Part shown: positions 29,956-43,665 of the stretch, piece by piece | Position numbering within the stretch: the first letter of the stretch is position 1 | How the letters are laid out: the number at the start of each line of letters is the position of its first letter | Assembly: GCF_036507355.1 (NCBI RefSeq) | Contig: NZ_AP027877.1 | Length of the DNA: 64,000 nt | Strand: one strand, 5' to 3' | Source of the DNA: Escherichia coli | GTDB lineage: Bacteria; Pseudomonadota; Gammaproteobacteria; Enterobacterales; Enterobacteriaceae | Position numbers and translations under genes: made by a program | The notes under the pieces: generated by a model | What the model was told of the DNA's origin: nothing | Seen by the model: only the letters and a program-made list of their open reading frames with translations | Databases searched by the model: none

Positions 29956-30590
29956 TGTATCAGCCTGATTTTCCTCCTGTACCTTTTCGTTCAGGACTGT
30001 ACCCGGTGGTGGACAGCGTACAGTGGATCGAACGTCTGTTGGATGCAGGCGTACGTACTCTCCAGCTACGCATCAAAGATCGGCGCGATGAAGAGGTGGA
30101 AGCCGATGTCGTGGCGGCAATTGCGCTGGGCCGCCGCTATAACGCGCGATTGTTTATCAACGATTACTGGCGGCTCGCGATCAAGCATCAGGCGTATGGC
30201 GTCCATTTGGGGCAGGAAGATTTGCAAGCCACCGATCTCAATGCCATCCGCGCGGCAGGCCTGCGGCTGGGCATTTCGACACATGACGATATGGAAATCG
30301 ACGTCGCGCTGGCAGCACGCCCCTCTTATATCGCGCTGGGACATGTGTTCCCGACGCAAACCAAACAGATGCCTTCTGCACCGCAGGGGCTGGAACAGCT
30401 GGCACGGCATGTTGAGCGACTGGCGGATTATCCCACCGTGGCGATTGGCGGTATCAGTCTGGCACGCGCGCCTGCGGTGATAGCAACGGGTGTCGGCAGT
30501 ATCGCCGTCGTCAGCGCCATTACTCAAGCCGCAGACTGGCGTTTGGCAACGGCACAGTTTCTGGAAATTGCAGGAGTTGGCGATGAATGA
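29955..30590 (+). CDS. thiE: Thiamine-phosphate synthase (211 aa)
   Basis: ORF contains [42 protein letters not shown]; ATG overlaps thiC stop (ATGA). Confidence 0.93.
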
Positions 30591-31338
30591 CCGTGATTTT
30601 ATGCGTTATAGCCGCCAAATCCTGCTCGACGATATCGCTCTTGACGGGCAGCAAAAACTGCTCGACAGCCAGGTGCTGATTATCGGTCTTGGCGGGCTGG
30701 GTACACCTGCTGCGCTATACCTGGCGGGCGCTGGCGTCGGGACGCTGGTACTGGCAGATGACGACGATGTGCATTTAAGCAATCTGCAACGACAAATCCT
30801 CTTTACCACTGAAGATATCGATCGCCCGAAATCGCAGGTCAGCCATCAGCGACTGACACAGTTGAATCCCGATATTCAACTGAAAGCATTACAACAACGG
30901 TTAACGGGTGAGGCGTTAAAAGATGCGGTTGCACAAGCCGATGTGGTGCTCGACTGTACCGACAATATGGCGACTCGCCAGGAGATTAATGCCGCCTGCG
31001 TGGCACTCAACACGCCGCTTATCACCGCCAGCGCGGTCGGATTTGGCGGTCAGTTGATGGTACTGACGCCGCCCTGGGAGCAGGGGTGTTACCGCTGCCT
31101 GTGGCCAGATAACCAGGAGCCAGAACGCAACTGCCGCACGGCGGGCGTGGTTGGCCCGGTGGTCGGGGTTATGGGCACTTTGCAGGCACTGGAAGCCATT
31201 AAGTTATTAAGCGGTATAGAGACGCCTGCGGGAGAACTCCGACTGTTCGACGGTAAGTCGAGCCAGTGGCGCAGCCTGGCGTTGCGCCGCGCCAGTGGTT
31301 GCCCGGTATGCGGAGGAAGCAATGCAGATCCTGTTTAA
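30583..31338 (+). CDS. thiF: ThiS adenylyltransferase (251 aa)
   Basis: ORF 30490..31338 contains [53 protein letters not shown]; start taken at MNDRD, overlapping thiE end by 8 bp. Confidence 0.93.
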   Translation: MNDRDFMRYSRQILLDDIALDGQQKLLDSQVLIIGLGGLGTPAALYLAGAGVGTLVLADDDDVHLSNLQRQILFTTEDIDRPKSQVSHQRLTQLNPDIQLKALQQRLTGEALKDAVAQADVVLDCTDNMATRQEINAACVALNTPLITASAVGFGGQLMVLTPPWEQGCYRCLWPDNQEPERNCRTAGVVGPVVGVMGTLQALEAIKLLSGIETPAGELRLFDGKSSQWRSLALRRASGCPVCGGSNADPV

Positions 31339-31522
31339 CGATCAACCGATGCAGTGCGCCGCCGGGCAAACTGTTCACGAACTACTGGAGCAACTCGACC
31401 AACGACAAGCGGGCGCGGCTCTGGCGATTAATCATCAAATCGTCCCGCGTGAGCAGTGGACGCAACATATCGTGCAGGATGGCGACCAGATCCTGCTTTT
31501 TCAGGTTATTGCAGGGGGTTGA
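31322..31522 (+). CDS. thiS: Sulfur-carrier protein ThiS (66 aa, C-terminal GG)
   Basis: [66 protein letters not shown]; start inside thiF 3' end. Confidence 0.92.
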   Translation: MQILFNDQPMQCAAGQTVHELLEQLDQRQAGAALAINHQIVPREQWTQHIVQDGDQILLFQVIAGG

Positions 31523-31523
31523 G

Positions 31524-32294
31524 ATGTTACGTATTGCGGACAAAACGTTTGATTCACATCTGTTTACCGGCACAGGGAAATTCGCTTCTTCACAACTGAT
31601 GGTGGAGGCGATCCGCGCTTCCGGCAGCCAGCTGGTGACACTGGCGATGAAACGTGTCGACTTGCGCCAGCACAACGACGCTATCCTCGAACCGCTTATC
31701 GCGGCGGGTGTGACCCTGCTGCCGAATACTTCCGGGGCGAAAACAGCGGAAGAAGCCATTTTCGCCGCCCATCTGGCACGTGAAGCGTTAGGCACAAACT
31801 GGCTAAAATTGGAGATTCACCCTGACGCCCGCTGGCTGTTGCCCGATCCCATCGAAACCCTGAAAGCCGCCGAAACGCTGGTACAACAGGGATTTGTCGT
31901 GCTGCCTTACTGCGGGGCCGATCCGGTATTGTGTAAACGTCTGGAAGAAGTCGGCTGTGCAGCGGTGATGCCGCTCGGCGCGCCGATTGGCTCGAATCAG
32001 GGACTGGAAACCCGTGCCATGCTGGAGATTATTATCCAGCAGGCCACAGTTCCGGTGGTTGTCGATGCTGGCATCGGCGTTCCCAGCCATGCCGCGCAGG
32101 CGCTGGAAATGGGGGCCGACGCGGTGTTAGTGAATACGGCGATTGCCGTCGCGGACGATCCCGTCAACATGGCGAAGGCATTTCGTCTGGCAGTAGAAGC
32201 AGGCCTGCTGGCACGTCAGTCCGGACCGGGCAGCCGCAGTTATTTTGCTCATGCCACCAGCCCGCTGACCGGATTTCTGGAGGCATCGGTATGA
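31524..32294 (+). CDS. thiG: Thiazole synthase (256 aa)
   Basis: ORF 31266..32294 contains [49 protein letters not shown]; start taken at MLRIAD, 1 bp after thiS stop. Confidence 0.93.
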   Translation: MLRIADKTFDSHLFTGTGKFASSQLMVEAIRASGSQLVTLAMKRVDLRQHNDAILEPLIAAGVTLLPNTSGAKTAEEAIFAAHLAREALGTNWLKLEIHPDARWLLPDPIETLKAAETLVQQGFVVLPYCGADPVLCKRLEEVGCAAVMPLGAPIGSNQGLETRAMLEIIIQQATVPVVVDAGIGVPSHAAQALEMGADAVLVNTAIAVADDPVNMAKAFRLAVEAGLLARQSGPGSRSYFAHATSPLTGFLEASV

Positions 32295-33424
32295 AAACCT
32301 TCAGCGATCGCTGGCGACAACTGGACTGGGACGACATCCGCCTGCGTATCAACGGCAAAACGGCTGCTGACGTAGAGCGGGCGCTAAATGCCTCGCAACT
32401 CACCCGCGACGACATGATGGCGCTGTTATCGCCTGCCGCCAGTGGCTATCTGGAACAACTGGCCCAACGGGCGCAGCGTCTGACCCGTCAGCGATTTGGC
32501 AACACAGTTAGTTTCTACGTCCCGCTTTATCTTTCCAATCTTTGCGCTAACGACTGCACGTACTGCGGATTTTCCATGAGTAATCGCATCAAGCGCAAAA
32601 CGCTGGACGAAGCGGATATTGCCAGGGAAAGCGCCGCTATACGGGAGATGGGCTTTGAACATCTGCTTTTAGTCACTGGTGAACATCAGGCGAAAGTGGG
32701 GATGGATTACTTTCGTCGTCATCTCCCTGCCCTGCGTGAACAGTTCTCTTCACTACAGATGGAAGTGCAACCGCTGGCGGAGACGGAATACACCGAGTTA
32801 AAGCAACTTGGTCTGGATGGGGTGATGGTTTATCAGGAGACATATCACGAGGCGACTTATGCCCGCCATCATCTGAAAGGCAAAAAACAGGACTTCTTCT
32901 GGCGGCTGGAAACGCCGGATCGGCTGGGGCGTGCGGGGATTGATAAGATTGGCCTCGGCGCACTAATTGGCCTTTCCGACAACTGGCGAGTTGACTGTTA
33001 TATGGTTGCCGAACATTTGCTATGGCTGCAACAGCATTACTGGCAAAGCCGCTACTCTATCTCCTTCCCGCGCCTGCGCCCATGTACTGGCGGCATTGAG
33101 CCTGCGTCGATTATGGATGAACGCCAGTTAGTGCAAGCCATCTGCGCCTTCCGGCTGCTTGCACCGGAGATTGAACTGTCACTCTCCACGCGGGAATCAC
33201 CGTGGTTTCGCGATCGCGTTATTCCGCTGGCGATCAATAACGTCAGCGCCTTCTCGAAAACGCAGCCAGGTGGCTATGCCGATAATCACCCCGAGTTGGA
33301 ACAGTTCTCACCGCACGACGATCGCAGACCGGAAGCGGTTGCTGCCGCGTTAACCGCTCAGGGTTTGCAGCCGGTATGGAAAGACTGGGACAGCTATCTG
33401 GGACGCGCCTCGCAAAGACTATGA
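32291..33424 (+). CDS. thiH: 2-iminoacetate synthase, radical SAM (377 aa)
   Basis: ORF translation [33 protein letters not shown]... with radical-SAM motif CANDCTYC. Confidence 0.94.
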   Translation: MKTFSDRWRQLDWDDIRLRINGKTAADVERALNASQLTRDDMMALLSPAASGYLEQLAQRAQRLTRQRFGNTVSFYVPLYLSNLCANDCTYCGFSMSNRIKRKTLDEADIARESAAIREMGFEHLLLVTGEHQAKVGMDYFRRHLPALREQFSSLQMEVQPLAETEYTELKQLGLDGVMVYQETYHEATYARHHLKGKKQDFFWRLETPDRLGRAGIDKIGLGALIGLSDNWRVDCYMVAEHLLWLQQHYWQSRYSISFPRLRPCTGGIEPASIMDERQLVQAICAFRLLAPEIELSLSTRESPWFRDRVIPLAINNVSAFSKTQPGGYADNHPELEQFSPHDDRRPEAVAAALTAQGLQPVWKDWDSYLGRASQRL

Positions 33425-33790
33425 GACGGAATGTAAGGACGTAAATTTATTCCGAGCCGCTACGGAAGATGAAAAACGCAAGGTTGTTGAAAGCGTTGTG
33501 TTTTTTTATGGTAGTGCCGTCAGCAGGAATGTTGTCCAGGGCGAAAAGCTTCTTCCTCGTTTCGCCCTGCCTTTCTTAAAAATTCCGTAATGCAAAGTCT
33601 GAAGCCATCGCCTGTTGAGCAATGAAAGAGATCTGATTGTAAGAGAGTAAATACTCAACTATGATAGAGACGAAAATAAGAACACATGTTCTCATCTTCC
33701 AGGATGCAGCAGACTGAAGAAATTCAGACATCCCGCAACCTGCGATTATCGCAAGGTCAAGGCAAAGTCCGGTAATGGCGTTCTGAATAC

Positions 33791-33840
33791 CAGAGATAAT
33801 TCTCTGGCGAAACCCACCTTAAGGTGGGTTTTGTTATTTT
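33791..33840 (+). terminator. Tandem hairpins with plus-strand intrinsic-terminator signature at 3' end of thiH-htrC intergenic
   Basis: ccagagataattctctgg hairpin followed by aaacccaccttaaggtgggttttgttatttt (stem plus T-run on plus strand); overlaps htrC stop on the opposite strand. Confidence 0.5.
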
Positions 33841-34373
33841 GAGGGCTGAGGAAGCTGCTTATTTCTCAATAAGTTGTAGGCAATGGTGAAAAATTTCACT
33901 GATTTACCTTTCTGTTTTTCAGAAATGGGATAAGCGCTAGTTACATGCAAACGAAGTTTTTTCTTTTCCCTGAAAGCCCTGAACGCAACAAAGTAAAATG
34001 CCTTGTCTCCTCCGTTTAAATCCACTTCAATCACGGCATAGCTACCATACCCAGCATGAATAACGTTGCTTTCTGGCAGCGCCAAAATGGTTCTTTTTAA
34101 GTGTATGCGCGCTAAGTTATAACGGTGCTGGCAGAAGGGACGAGATTCTTTAGGCGCGTGGTACATTAACGATTGTTTTTCTTCGTTAGTCTGATGTTCA
34201 TAATCTTTTGTGAAGCAGTGAAGAGAGTAGGTAACCCAGAAGCGATACTCTAAAGGCTCTTTGCCCTCATGATGCTGAACGTAGACAGCCTGATGAGCAT
34301 CAAGAAATGATAAATCACGAATATCACCATCCGGATGTCCAAAAGGTCGCCACTTCTCCACTTCCTGTTTCAT
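33834..34373 (-). CDS. htrC: Heat-shock protein HtrC / YjaZ (179 aa)
   Basis: ORF translation MKQEVEKWRPFGHPDGDIRDLSFLDAHQAVYVQHHEGKEPLEYRFWVTYSLHCFTKDYEHQTNEEKQ...; immediately downstream of rpoC. Confidence 0.85.
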   Translation of the reverse strand: MKQEVEKWRPFGHPDGDIRDLSFLDAHQAVYVQHHEGKEPLEYRFWVTYSLHCFTKDYEHQTNEEKQSLMYHAPKESRPFCQHRYNLARIHLKRTILALPESNVIHAGYGSYAVIEVDLNGGDKAFYFVAFRAFREKKKLRLHVTSAYPISEKQKGKSVKFFTIAYNLLRNKQLPQPSK

Positions 34374-34537
34374 TCTCGTTCCTTAAGAAAGTCACACAGG
34401 AATAGTATCGAATTCTTGCCGAGCTTGACTCAATTAGTTCAGTCAGTTTCAGGATATTAGTCATCTCTACATTGATTATGAGTATCCAGAAATTCATTAA
34501 ATATTCTGACAAATGCTCTTTCCCTAAACTCCCCCCA

Positions 34538-34566
34538 TAAAAAAACCCGCCGAAGCGGGTTTTTAC
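34538..34566 (-). terminator. rpoBC operon terminator
   Basis: Minus-strand AAACCCGCTTCGGCGGGTTTTTTTATGG, 20 bp past rpoC stop. Confidence 0.8.
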
Positions 34567-34585
34567 GTTATTTGCGGATTAACGA

Positions 34586-37500
34586 TTACTCGTTATCAGA
34601 ACCGCCCAGACCTGCGTTCAGCAGTTCTGCCAGGCTGGCAGATGCGTCTTCTGCAGTCACCTGCGGTGCAGCCGGAGCTTCACCCGCAGCACGGCGACGC
34701 ATACGATCCTGGTGGTACGCGTAACCGGTACCTGCCGGGATCAGACGACCCACGATAACGTTCTCTTTCAGGCCGCGCAGTTCGTCGCGTTTGCCCGCAA
34801 CGGCTGCTTCGGTCAGCACGCGAGTGGTCTCCTGGAACGATGCCGCGGAGATGAAGGACTCGGTTGCCAGAGACGCTTTGGTGATACCCAGCAGATCGCG
34901 GGAGTAAGTTGCACCCACTTTGCCGTTCGCTTCCAGTTCGCGGTTTGCGATCTTGACGCGAGAGTATTCAACCTGTTCGCCTTCCAGGAAGTCGGAGCTG
35001 CCCGCGTTAACGATGGTAGCTTTACGCAGCATCTGACGAACGATAACTTCGATGTGTTTATCGTTAATCTTAACGCCCTGCAGACGGTATACGTCCTGTA
35101 CTTCGTTAACGATGTAACGAGTCACAGCATGAACACCACGCAGACGCAGAATGTCGTGCGGCGCTTCCGGACCGTCGGAAATTACGTCACCACGTTCTAC
35201 ACGTTCACCTTCGAACACGTTGAGCTGACGCCATTTCGGAATCATCTCTTCGTACGGATCGCTACCGTCTACCGGGGTGATAACCAGACGACGTTTACCT
35301 TTGGTTTCTTTACCGAAGGAAACGATACCGCTGATTTCAGCCAGGATTGCCGGCTCTTTCGGACGACGTGCTTCGAACAGGTCCGCAACGCGCGGCAGAC
35401 CACCGGTGATGTCCTTGGTACCGCCGGATTCCTGCGGAATACGCGCCAGGGTGTCACCAGAGCTGATCTGTACGCCATCTTCCAGCTGAACAATCGCTTT
35501 ACCCGGCAGGAAGTACTGCGCAGGCATATCGGTACCAGGGATCAGAACGTCGTTACCCTGAGCATCAACGATTTTCAGTGCCGGACGCAGATCTTTACCA
35601 CCTGCGGTACGTTCTGCGGAATCCAGAACCACCAGCGAAGACAGACCGGTCAATTCGTCGGTCTGACGCGTAATGGTCTGGCCGTCGATCATGTCAGTAA
35701 AGCGTACAAAACCGCTTACTTCGGTGATAACCGGCATGGTGTGCGGGTCCCAGTTTGCAACGGTTTCGCCGCCAGCAACCTGTTCGCCATCGCCTTTTGC
35801 CAGTACCGCACCGTAAGGTACTTTGTAGCTTTCTTTGGTACGACCGAATTCGTCGATCAGTTTCAGTTCGGTGTTACGGGAAGTGATAACCAGTTTACCG
35901 CTGGAGTTCACAACCGACTTCACGTTGCTGAGCTTGATGCTACCTTTGTTTTTCACCTGGATGCTGGATTCAGCAGCCGCACGAGATGCCGCACCACCGA
36001 TGTGGAACGTACGCATGGTCAGCTGTGTACCCGGTTCACCGATGGACTGTGCCGCGATAACACCGATTGCTTCACCCTTGTTGATGATGTGGCCACGCGC
36101 CAGGTCACGACCGTAGCAGTGCGCACATACACCAAAGTCGGTGTCACAAGATACAACAGAACGTACTTTAACCGCGTCGACAGAGTTCTCTTCCAGCAGG
36201 TCACACCACTGTTCGTGCAGCAGCGTGTTGCGCGGAACGAGGATATCAGCAGTACCCGGCTTCAGAACGTCTTCAGCAGTTACACGACCCAGTACGCGAT
36301 CGCGCAGCGGCTCTTTAACGTCACCACCCTCGATAACCGGAGTCATCATGATACCTTCATGGGTACCACAATCGTCTTCGGTAACCACCAGGTCCTGCGC
36401 CACGTCAACCAGACGACGAGTCAGGTAACCGGAGTTCGCAGTTTTCAGTGCGGTATCCGCCAGACCTTTACGAGCACCGTGGGTGGAGATGAAGTACTGG
36501 AGTACGTTCAGACCTTCACGGAAGTTCGCGGTGATTGGCGTTTCGATGATGGAGCCATCCGGCTTCGCCATCAGACCACGCATACCAGCAAGCTGACGAA
36601 TCTGTGCCGCAGAACCACGCGCACCGGAGTCGGCCATCATGTAGATGCTGTTGAAGGAAACCTGCTTCTCTTCCTGACCGTCACGGTTAATAACGGTTTC
36701 AGTTTGCAGATTATCCATCATCGCTTTGGATACACGATCGTTCGCCGCAGCCCAGATATCGATAACTTTGTTATAACGTTCGCCCGCAGTTACCAGACCA
36801 GACTGGAACTGCTCCTGAATTTCAGCAACTTCTGCTTCTGCCTCGGAGATGATTTCGTGTTTCTTCTCCGGGATGACCATGTCATCGATACCAACAGATG
36901 CACCAGAACGCGCTGCATATGCAAAGCCGGTGTACATGATCTGGTCCGCAAAAATAACGGTCGGTTTCAGACCGAGAATGCGGTAGCAGGTGTTCAGCAT
37001 TTTGGAGATTGCTTTTTTACCCAGCGCCTGGTTGACGATGGAGTAAGGCAGACCTTTCGGTACAATCATCCACAGAATGGCACGGCCAACGGTCGTGTCT
37101 TTCAGGCTGGTTTTCGCTACTAATTCACCGTTAGCATCTTTTTCATACTCGGTGATACGCACTTTAACGCGCGCATGCAGAGAAGCCAGACCAGAGCGAT
37201 ACAGACGTTCTGCTTCTTTCGGGCCAGTCAGCACCATGCCTTCGCCTTTGGCGTTAACACAGTCACGGGTCATGTAGTACAGACCCAGTACAACGTCCTG
37301 AGACGGAACGATGATTGGTTCGCCGTTCGCCGGGGACAGGATGTTGTTGGTAGACATCATCAGCGCACGCGCTTCCAGCTGGGCTTCCAGCGTCAGCGGT
37401 ACGTGAACAGCCATCTGGTCACCATCGAAGTCGGCGTTATATGCCGCACAAACCAGCGGGTGCAGCTGGATAGCTTTACCTTCGATCAGTACCGGTTCAA

Positions 37501-38809
37501 ATGCCTGGATACCCAGACGGTGCAGAGTCGGTGCACGGTTCAGCAGTACCGGGTGTTCGCGGATAACTTCGTCCAGGATATCCCAAACGACAGCTTCTTC
37601 GCGCTCAACCATTTTCTTCGCAGCTTTAATGGTGGTAGCAAGACCACGCAGTTCAAGCTTGCCGTAGATGAATGGTTTGAACAGCTCCAGCGCCATTTTC
37701 TTCGGCAGACCGCACTGATGCAGACGCAGGTATGGACCTACGGTGATTACAGAACGACCGGAGTAGTCAACACGCTTACCGAGCAGGTTCTGACGGAAAC
37801 GACCCTGTTTACCTTTGATCATGTCGGCCAAAGATTTCAGAGGACGCTTGTTAGAACCGGTGATCGCACGACCGCGACGACCGTTATCCAGCAGAGCGTC
37901 TACCGCTTCCTGCAGCATACGTTTTTCGTTACGTACGATGATGTCCGGCGCAGCCAGATCCAGCAGACGTTTCAGACGGTTGTTACGGTTAATGACGCGA
38001 CGATACAGATCGTTCAGGTCAGAAGTCGCGAAACGACCACCATCCAGCGGAACCAACGGACGCAGATCTGGCGGCAGTACCGGCAGAACGGTCAGGATCA
38101 TCCACTCTGGTTTGTTACCAGACTGAACGAACGCTTCCAGCAGTTTGATACGCTTGGTCAGCTTTTTACGCTTAGTTTCGGAGTTGGTTTCGTTCAGCTC
38201 TTCACGCAGCTGTTCGCACTCTTGCTCCAGATCCATGCTCTTCAGCAGAGCCTGGATTGCTTCCGCACCCATCTTCGCGTCGAATTCGTCACCGAACTCT
38301 TCCAGCGCGTCCAGATACTGCTCTTCAGTCAGGATCTGCTGGCGTTCCAGGTTGGTCATACCGCCTTCAATAACCACATAGGATTCGAAGTACAGTACGC
38401 GTTCAATATCGCGCAGCGGCATATCGAGCAGTAGGCCGATACGGGACGGCAGCGATTTCAGGAACCAGATGTGCGCAGTCGGGGAAGCCAGTTCGATGTG
38501 GCCCATACGCTCACGGCGTACTTTAGTCTGGGTCACTTCAACGCCACACTTCTCACAGATGACGCCACGGTGTTTCAGGCGCTTGTACTTACCGCACAGG
38601 CACTCGTAATCTTTTACCGGCCCAAAGATACGGGCGCAGAAAAGGCCGTCACGTTCTGGTTTGAACGTACGGTAGTTGATGGTTTCCGGCTTTTTAACTT
38701 CACCGAAAGACCATGAACGGATCATGTCTGGCGAAGCCAGAGCAATTTTGATCGCATCAAACTCTTCGGTTTTAGTCTGCGCTTTCAGAAACTTTAATAA
38801 ATCTTTCAC
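34586..38809 (-). CDS. rpoC: RNA polymerase beta' subunit (1407 aa)
   Basis: ORF translation [82 protein letters not shown]... Confidence 0.98.
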
Positions 38810-38885
38810 GGATTTGCTCCCGTCGGAGTTAGCACAATCCGCTGCCGGGTTTTACCCCGACAGCAGTGACCTGTTTGAGCGAGAA

Positions 38886-41800
38886 TTACTCGTCTTCCAG
38901 TTCGATGTTGATACCCAGCGAACGAATCTCTTTCAACAATACGTTGAAGGATTCTGGCATGCCCGGCTCCATCTGATGGTTGCCGTCCACGATGTTTTTA
39001 TACATCTTAGTACGACCGTTCACGTCATCAGACTTAACGGTGAGCATTTCCTGCAGGGTGTATGCTGCGCCGTATGCTTCCAGCGCCCACACTTCCATCT
39101 CCCCGAAACGCTGACCACCGAACTGTGCCTTACCACCCAGCGGCTGCTGAGTAACCAGGCTGTAAGAACCGGTGGAACGCGCGTGCATCTTGTCGTCGAC
39201 CAGGTGGTTCAGTTTCAGCATGTACATGTAACCAACGGTTACCGGACGTTCGAACTGTTCACCAGTGCGGCCGTCGTACAGGCGGATCTGACCAGAAGTC
39301 GGCAGGTCGCCAAGTTTCAGCAGCTCTTTAATTTCTGCTTCTTTCGCACCGTCGAACACCGGCGTTGCGATTGGCATACCTTTGCGCAGGTTTTCAGCCA
39401 GACGCATAACTTCTTCATCGCTGAAGGTACTCAGGTCAACTTTCTGACGAACGTCAGCGCCCAGATCGTACGCACGCTGGATGAATTCGCGCAGTTTCGC
39501 GACTTCCTGCTGCTGTTTCAGCATGGCGTTGATCTTGTCGCCGATACCTTTCGCAGCCATACCCAGGTGGGTTTCGAGGATCTGACCGATGTTCATACGA
39601 GACGGTACGCCCAGCGGGTTCAGTACGATGTCTACCGGCGTACCGTTTTCATCGTAAGGCATATCTTCGATCGGGTTGATCTTAGAAATTACACCTTTGT
39701 TACCGTGACGACCTGCCATCTTGTCACCAGGCTGGATACGGCGTTTAACCGCCAGATATACCTTAACAATCTTCAGCACGCCCGGTGCCAGATCGTCGCC
39801 CTGGGTGATTTTGCGGCGTTTCGCTTCGAGTTTCTTCTCGAACTCGTGTTTCAGTTCGTCATACTGCTCAGCCAGCTGTTCCAGCTGATTTTGTTTCTCT
39901 TCGTCGGTCAGGCCCAGCTCCAGCCAGCGATCGCGCGGCAGTTTGTCGAGCTTCTCAGCTTCAACGCCACCGGCTACCAGCACAGCACGGATACGGCTGA
40001 ACAGACCCGCTTCGAGGATCTGCAGTTCTTCAGACAGGTCTTTCTTCGCCTGTTTGAGCTGCATTTCTTCGATTTCCAGCGCACGTTTGTCTTTTTCTAC
40101 GCCATCGCGAGTAAAGACCTGAACGTCGATAACCGTACCGGATACACCGTTTGGTACGCGCAGAGAAGAGTCTTTAACGTCAGAGGCTTTCTCACCGAAG
40201 ATCGCACGCAGCAGTTTTTCTTCTGGGGTCAGCTGAGTTTCACCTTTCGGCGTTACCTTACCAACCAGAATGTCGCCACCGGTCACTTCCGCACCAATGT
40301 AAACGATACCGGATTCATCCAGTTTGGAGAGCGCAGCTTCACCCACGTTCGGGATGTCAGCGGTGATCTCTTCCGGCCCCAGCTTGGTGTCACGGGACAC
40401 ACACGCCAGTTCCTGAATGTGGATGGTGGTGAAACGGTCTTCCTGAACAACACGCTCGGATACGAGGATGGAGTCTTCGAAGTTGTAACCATTCCACGGC
40501 ATGAACGCTACGCGCATGTTCTGACCAAGCGCCAGTTCACCGAGGTCGGTGGACGGACCGTCTGCCAGCACGTCGCCACGTTCAACCGGTTCACCCAGAG
40601 ACACACACGGCATCTGGTTGATACAGGTGTTCTGGTTAGAACGGGTGTATTTGGTCAGGTTGTAGATGTCGATACCAGCTTCGCCCGGATACATCTCGTC
40701 TTCGTTAACTTTGATAACGATACGGGAAGCATCCACGTACTGAACAACACCACCACGTTTAGCTACCGCAGTTACACCGGAGTCAACGGCAACAGCACGT
40801 TCCATACCAGTACCAACCAGCGGCTTATCAGCACGCAGAGTCGGAACGGCCTGACGTTGCATGTTCGCACCCATCAATGCACGGTTGGCGTCATCGTGTT
40901 CCAGGAACGGGATCAGGGACGCACCGACGGATACCACCTGCTGGGTGGATACGTCCATGTAGTCAACCTGGTCGCGGCTGAACAAGCTGGATTCGCCTTT
41001 GCTACGGCAAGTTACCAGGTCTTCTACGAAGTGGCCTTCTTCATCCAGGTTGGAGTTCGCCTGGGCGATAACGTAGTTGCCTTCTTCGATAGCAGACAGG
41101 TAGTGAATTTCGTCAGTTACAACACCGTCGGTCACTTTACGATACGGAGTCTCAAGGAAGCCGTATTCGTTAGTCTGTGCGTACACGGACAGAGAGTTGA
41201 TCAGACCGATGTTCGGACCTTCAGGAGTTTCGATTGGACATACGCGACCGTAGTGAGTCGGGTGTACGTCTCGAACTTCGAAGCCTGCACGTTCACGGGT
41301 CAGACCGCCTGGGCCGAGTGCGGAGATACGACGTTTGTGCGTAATCTCAGACAGCGGGTTGTTCTGGTCCATAAACTGAGACAGCTGGCTGGAACCGAAG
41401 AACTCTTTCACTGCTGCGGAAATCGGCTTGGCGTTGATCATATCCTGAGGCATCAGGGTATCCAGATCGCCCAGAGACAGACGCTCTTTCACCGCACGCT
41501 CTACACGTACCAGGCCAACACGGAACTGGTTTTCCGCCATTTCGCCAACGGAACGGATACGACGGTTGCCGAGGTGGTCGATATCATCGACTTCGCCTTT
41601 ACCGTTACGGATATCGATGAGCTTTTTCATAACATCAATGATGTCGTCTTTGCTCAGGATACCGGAACCTTCGATTTCTTCGCGCAGCAGAGAACGGTTG
41701 AACTTCATACGACCAACCGCAGACAAGTCATAGCGATCTTCGGAGAAGAACAGGTTCTCAAACAGGCTTTCAGCTGCTTCACGAGTCGGCGGCTCGCCAG

Positions 41801-42914
41801 GGCGCATCATACGGTAGATTTCTACCAGTGCGCTCAGACGGTCGTTAGTTGGGTCGACACGTAAGGTTTCAGAGATATATGGGCCGTGATCCAGATCATT
41901 GGTGAACAGCGTTTCGATACGCTTGTGACCAGACTGGCTCAGCTTAGCCAGCAGATCCAGGCTCAGCTCCATGTTCGCTGCGCAGATCAGCTCGCCGGTA
42001 GACTCATCAATATAGTCTTTAGCAACCACTTTACCTGCGATGTACTCAACCGGGACTTCGATCAGTTTGACGTCGTCTTTTTCCAGCTGGCGAATGTGGC
42101 GCGCAGTAATACGGCGGCCTTTTTCTACGTACACTTTACCGTTAGCTTCGATGTCAAAAGATGCGGTTTCACCACGCAGGCGTTCCGGCACCAGTTCCAT
42201 CTGCAGCTTGTTATCACGGATTTCAAAGATAACTTTTTCAAAGAACAGGTCGAGGATCTGCTCTGTGGTGTAGTTCAGGGCACGCAGAATGATGGTCGCA
42301 GGCAGTTTACGGCGACGGTCGATACGTACGAACAGGTTGTCCTTCGGATCGAATTCGAAGTCCAGCCAGGAACCACGGTAAGGGATGATGCGCGCGTTAT
42401 ACAGCACTTTACCCGAAGAGTGGGTTTTACCTTTGTCGGAGTCAAAGAAGACGCCCGGACTACGGTGCAGCTGGGAAACGATAACACGCTCAGTACCGTT
42501 GATAACAAAGGTACCGTTGTCTGTCATGAGCGGAATTTCGCCCATGTAGACTTCTTGTTCTTTAATGTCTTTTACGGTGCCTTCCGGCGCTTCGCGCTCA
42601 TAGATCACCAGACGCAGTTTAACGCGCAGCGGTGCGGAATAGGTCACGCCACGGATTTGACATTCCTGGACGTCAAACACCGGTTCGCCAAGGCGGTAGC
42701 TGACGTATTGCAGCTCGGAATTACCGCTGTAGCTCTGAATCGGGAATACGGAACGGAAAGCAGCTTCCAGACCATACTGCCCTTCAGGATCTTGCTCGAT
42801 AAATTTCTGAAACGAGTCAAGCTGGATAGAAAGGAGATAAGGTACATCCAGAACTTGTGGACGTTTACCAAAATCCTTACGAATACGTTTTTTCTCGGTA
42901 TAGGAGTAAACCAT
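38886..42914 (-). CDS. rpoB: RNA polymerase beta subunit (1342 aa); rifampicin-resistance cluster is wild type
   Basis: ORF 38886..42947 contains [38 protein letters not shown]; cluster I reads [32 protein letters not shown] (D516, H526, S531 intact). Confidence 0.98.
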
Positions 42915-43160
42915 AGGGTTCCTCAGCTCGCTGACAAGTCGACCCATCTGTCCATTGAGCGGACAGTTTGTGCAACACTATTTTGTTGACCGGAAAATGG
43001 AACACTTTCCGCAATGCCTGTTGCTATCACGCTTAAACCATTTCATTGCGATTTACACAGAACGGACGTCCTGTCGCAGTATATTAAGTCGTCGATAGAA
43101 ACAAGCATTGAAAGGCACAGCAGTAGTCAAACAGTGTGAAACGCTACTGGCGCCTTACAG

Positions 43161-43194
43161 CGCAAAAAGGCTGGTGACTAAAAAGTCACCAGCC
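43161..43194 (-). terminator. rplL-rpoB intergenic attenuator hairpin
   Basis: Minus-strand GCTGGTGACTTTTTAGTCACCAGCCTTTTTGCG; a second hairpin cagcctgatttctcaggctg lies at 43196-43215, just after rplL. Confidence 0.7.
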
Positions 43195-43233
43195 ATCAGC
43201 CTGATTTCTCAGGCTGCAACCGGAAGGGTTGGC

Positions 43234-43599
<366 letters not shown>

Positions 43600-43665
43600 T
43601 TAAATTGTTCCTGAATATCAGAATAAGTTTATACGTAAGCGAATGCGTTAAAAAGATAACTGCGA

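Noticed and set aside
31266-31523. Extended 342-aa thiG ORF and extended thiF (282 aa) and zraP (186 aa) ORFs
   Set aside because: Upstream in-frame extensions overlap the preceding gene's coding sequence; the known protein N-termini (MLRIADK, MNDRDFM, MKRNTKI) begin at internal ATGs with appropriate spacing or coupling.
34712-37123. 803-aa ORF on the plus strand, plus other long plus-strand ORFs at 37175-38434, 38676-41864 and 41886-42989
   Set aside because: All lie antisense to rpoC or rpoB, whose identity is unambiguous. Long antisense ORFs are a common artefact of strong codon bias in highly expressed genes; the translations are low-complexity with no recognisable domain.
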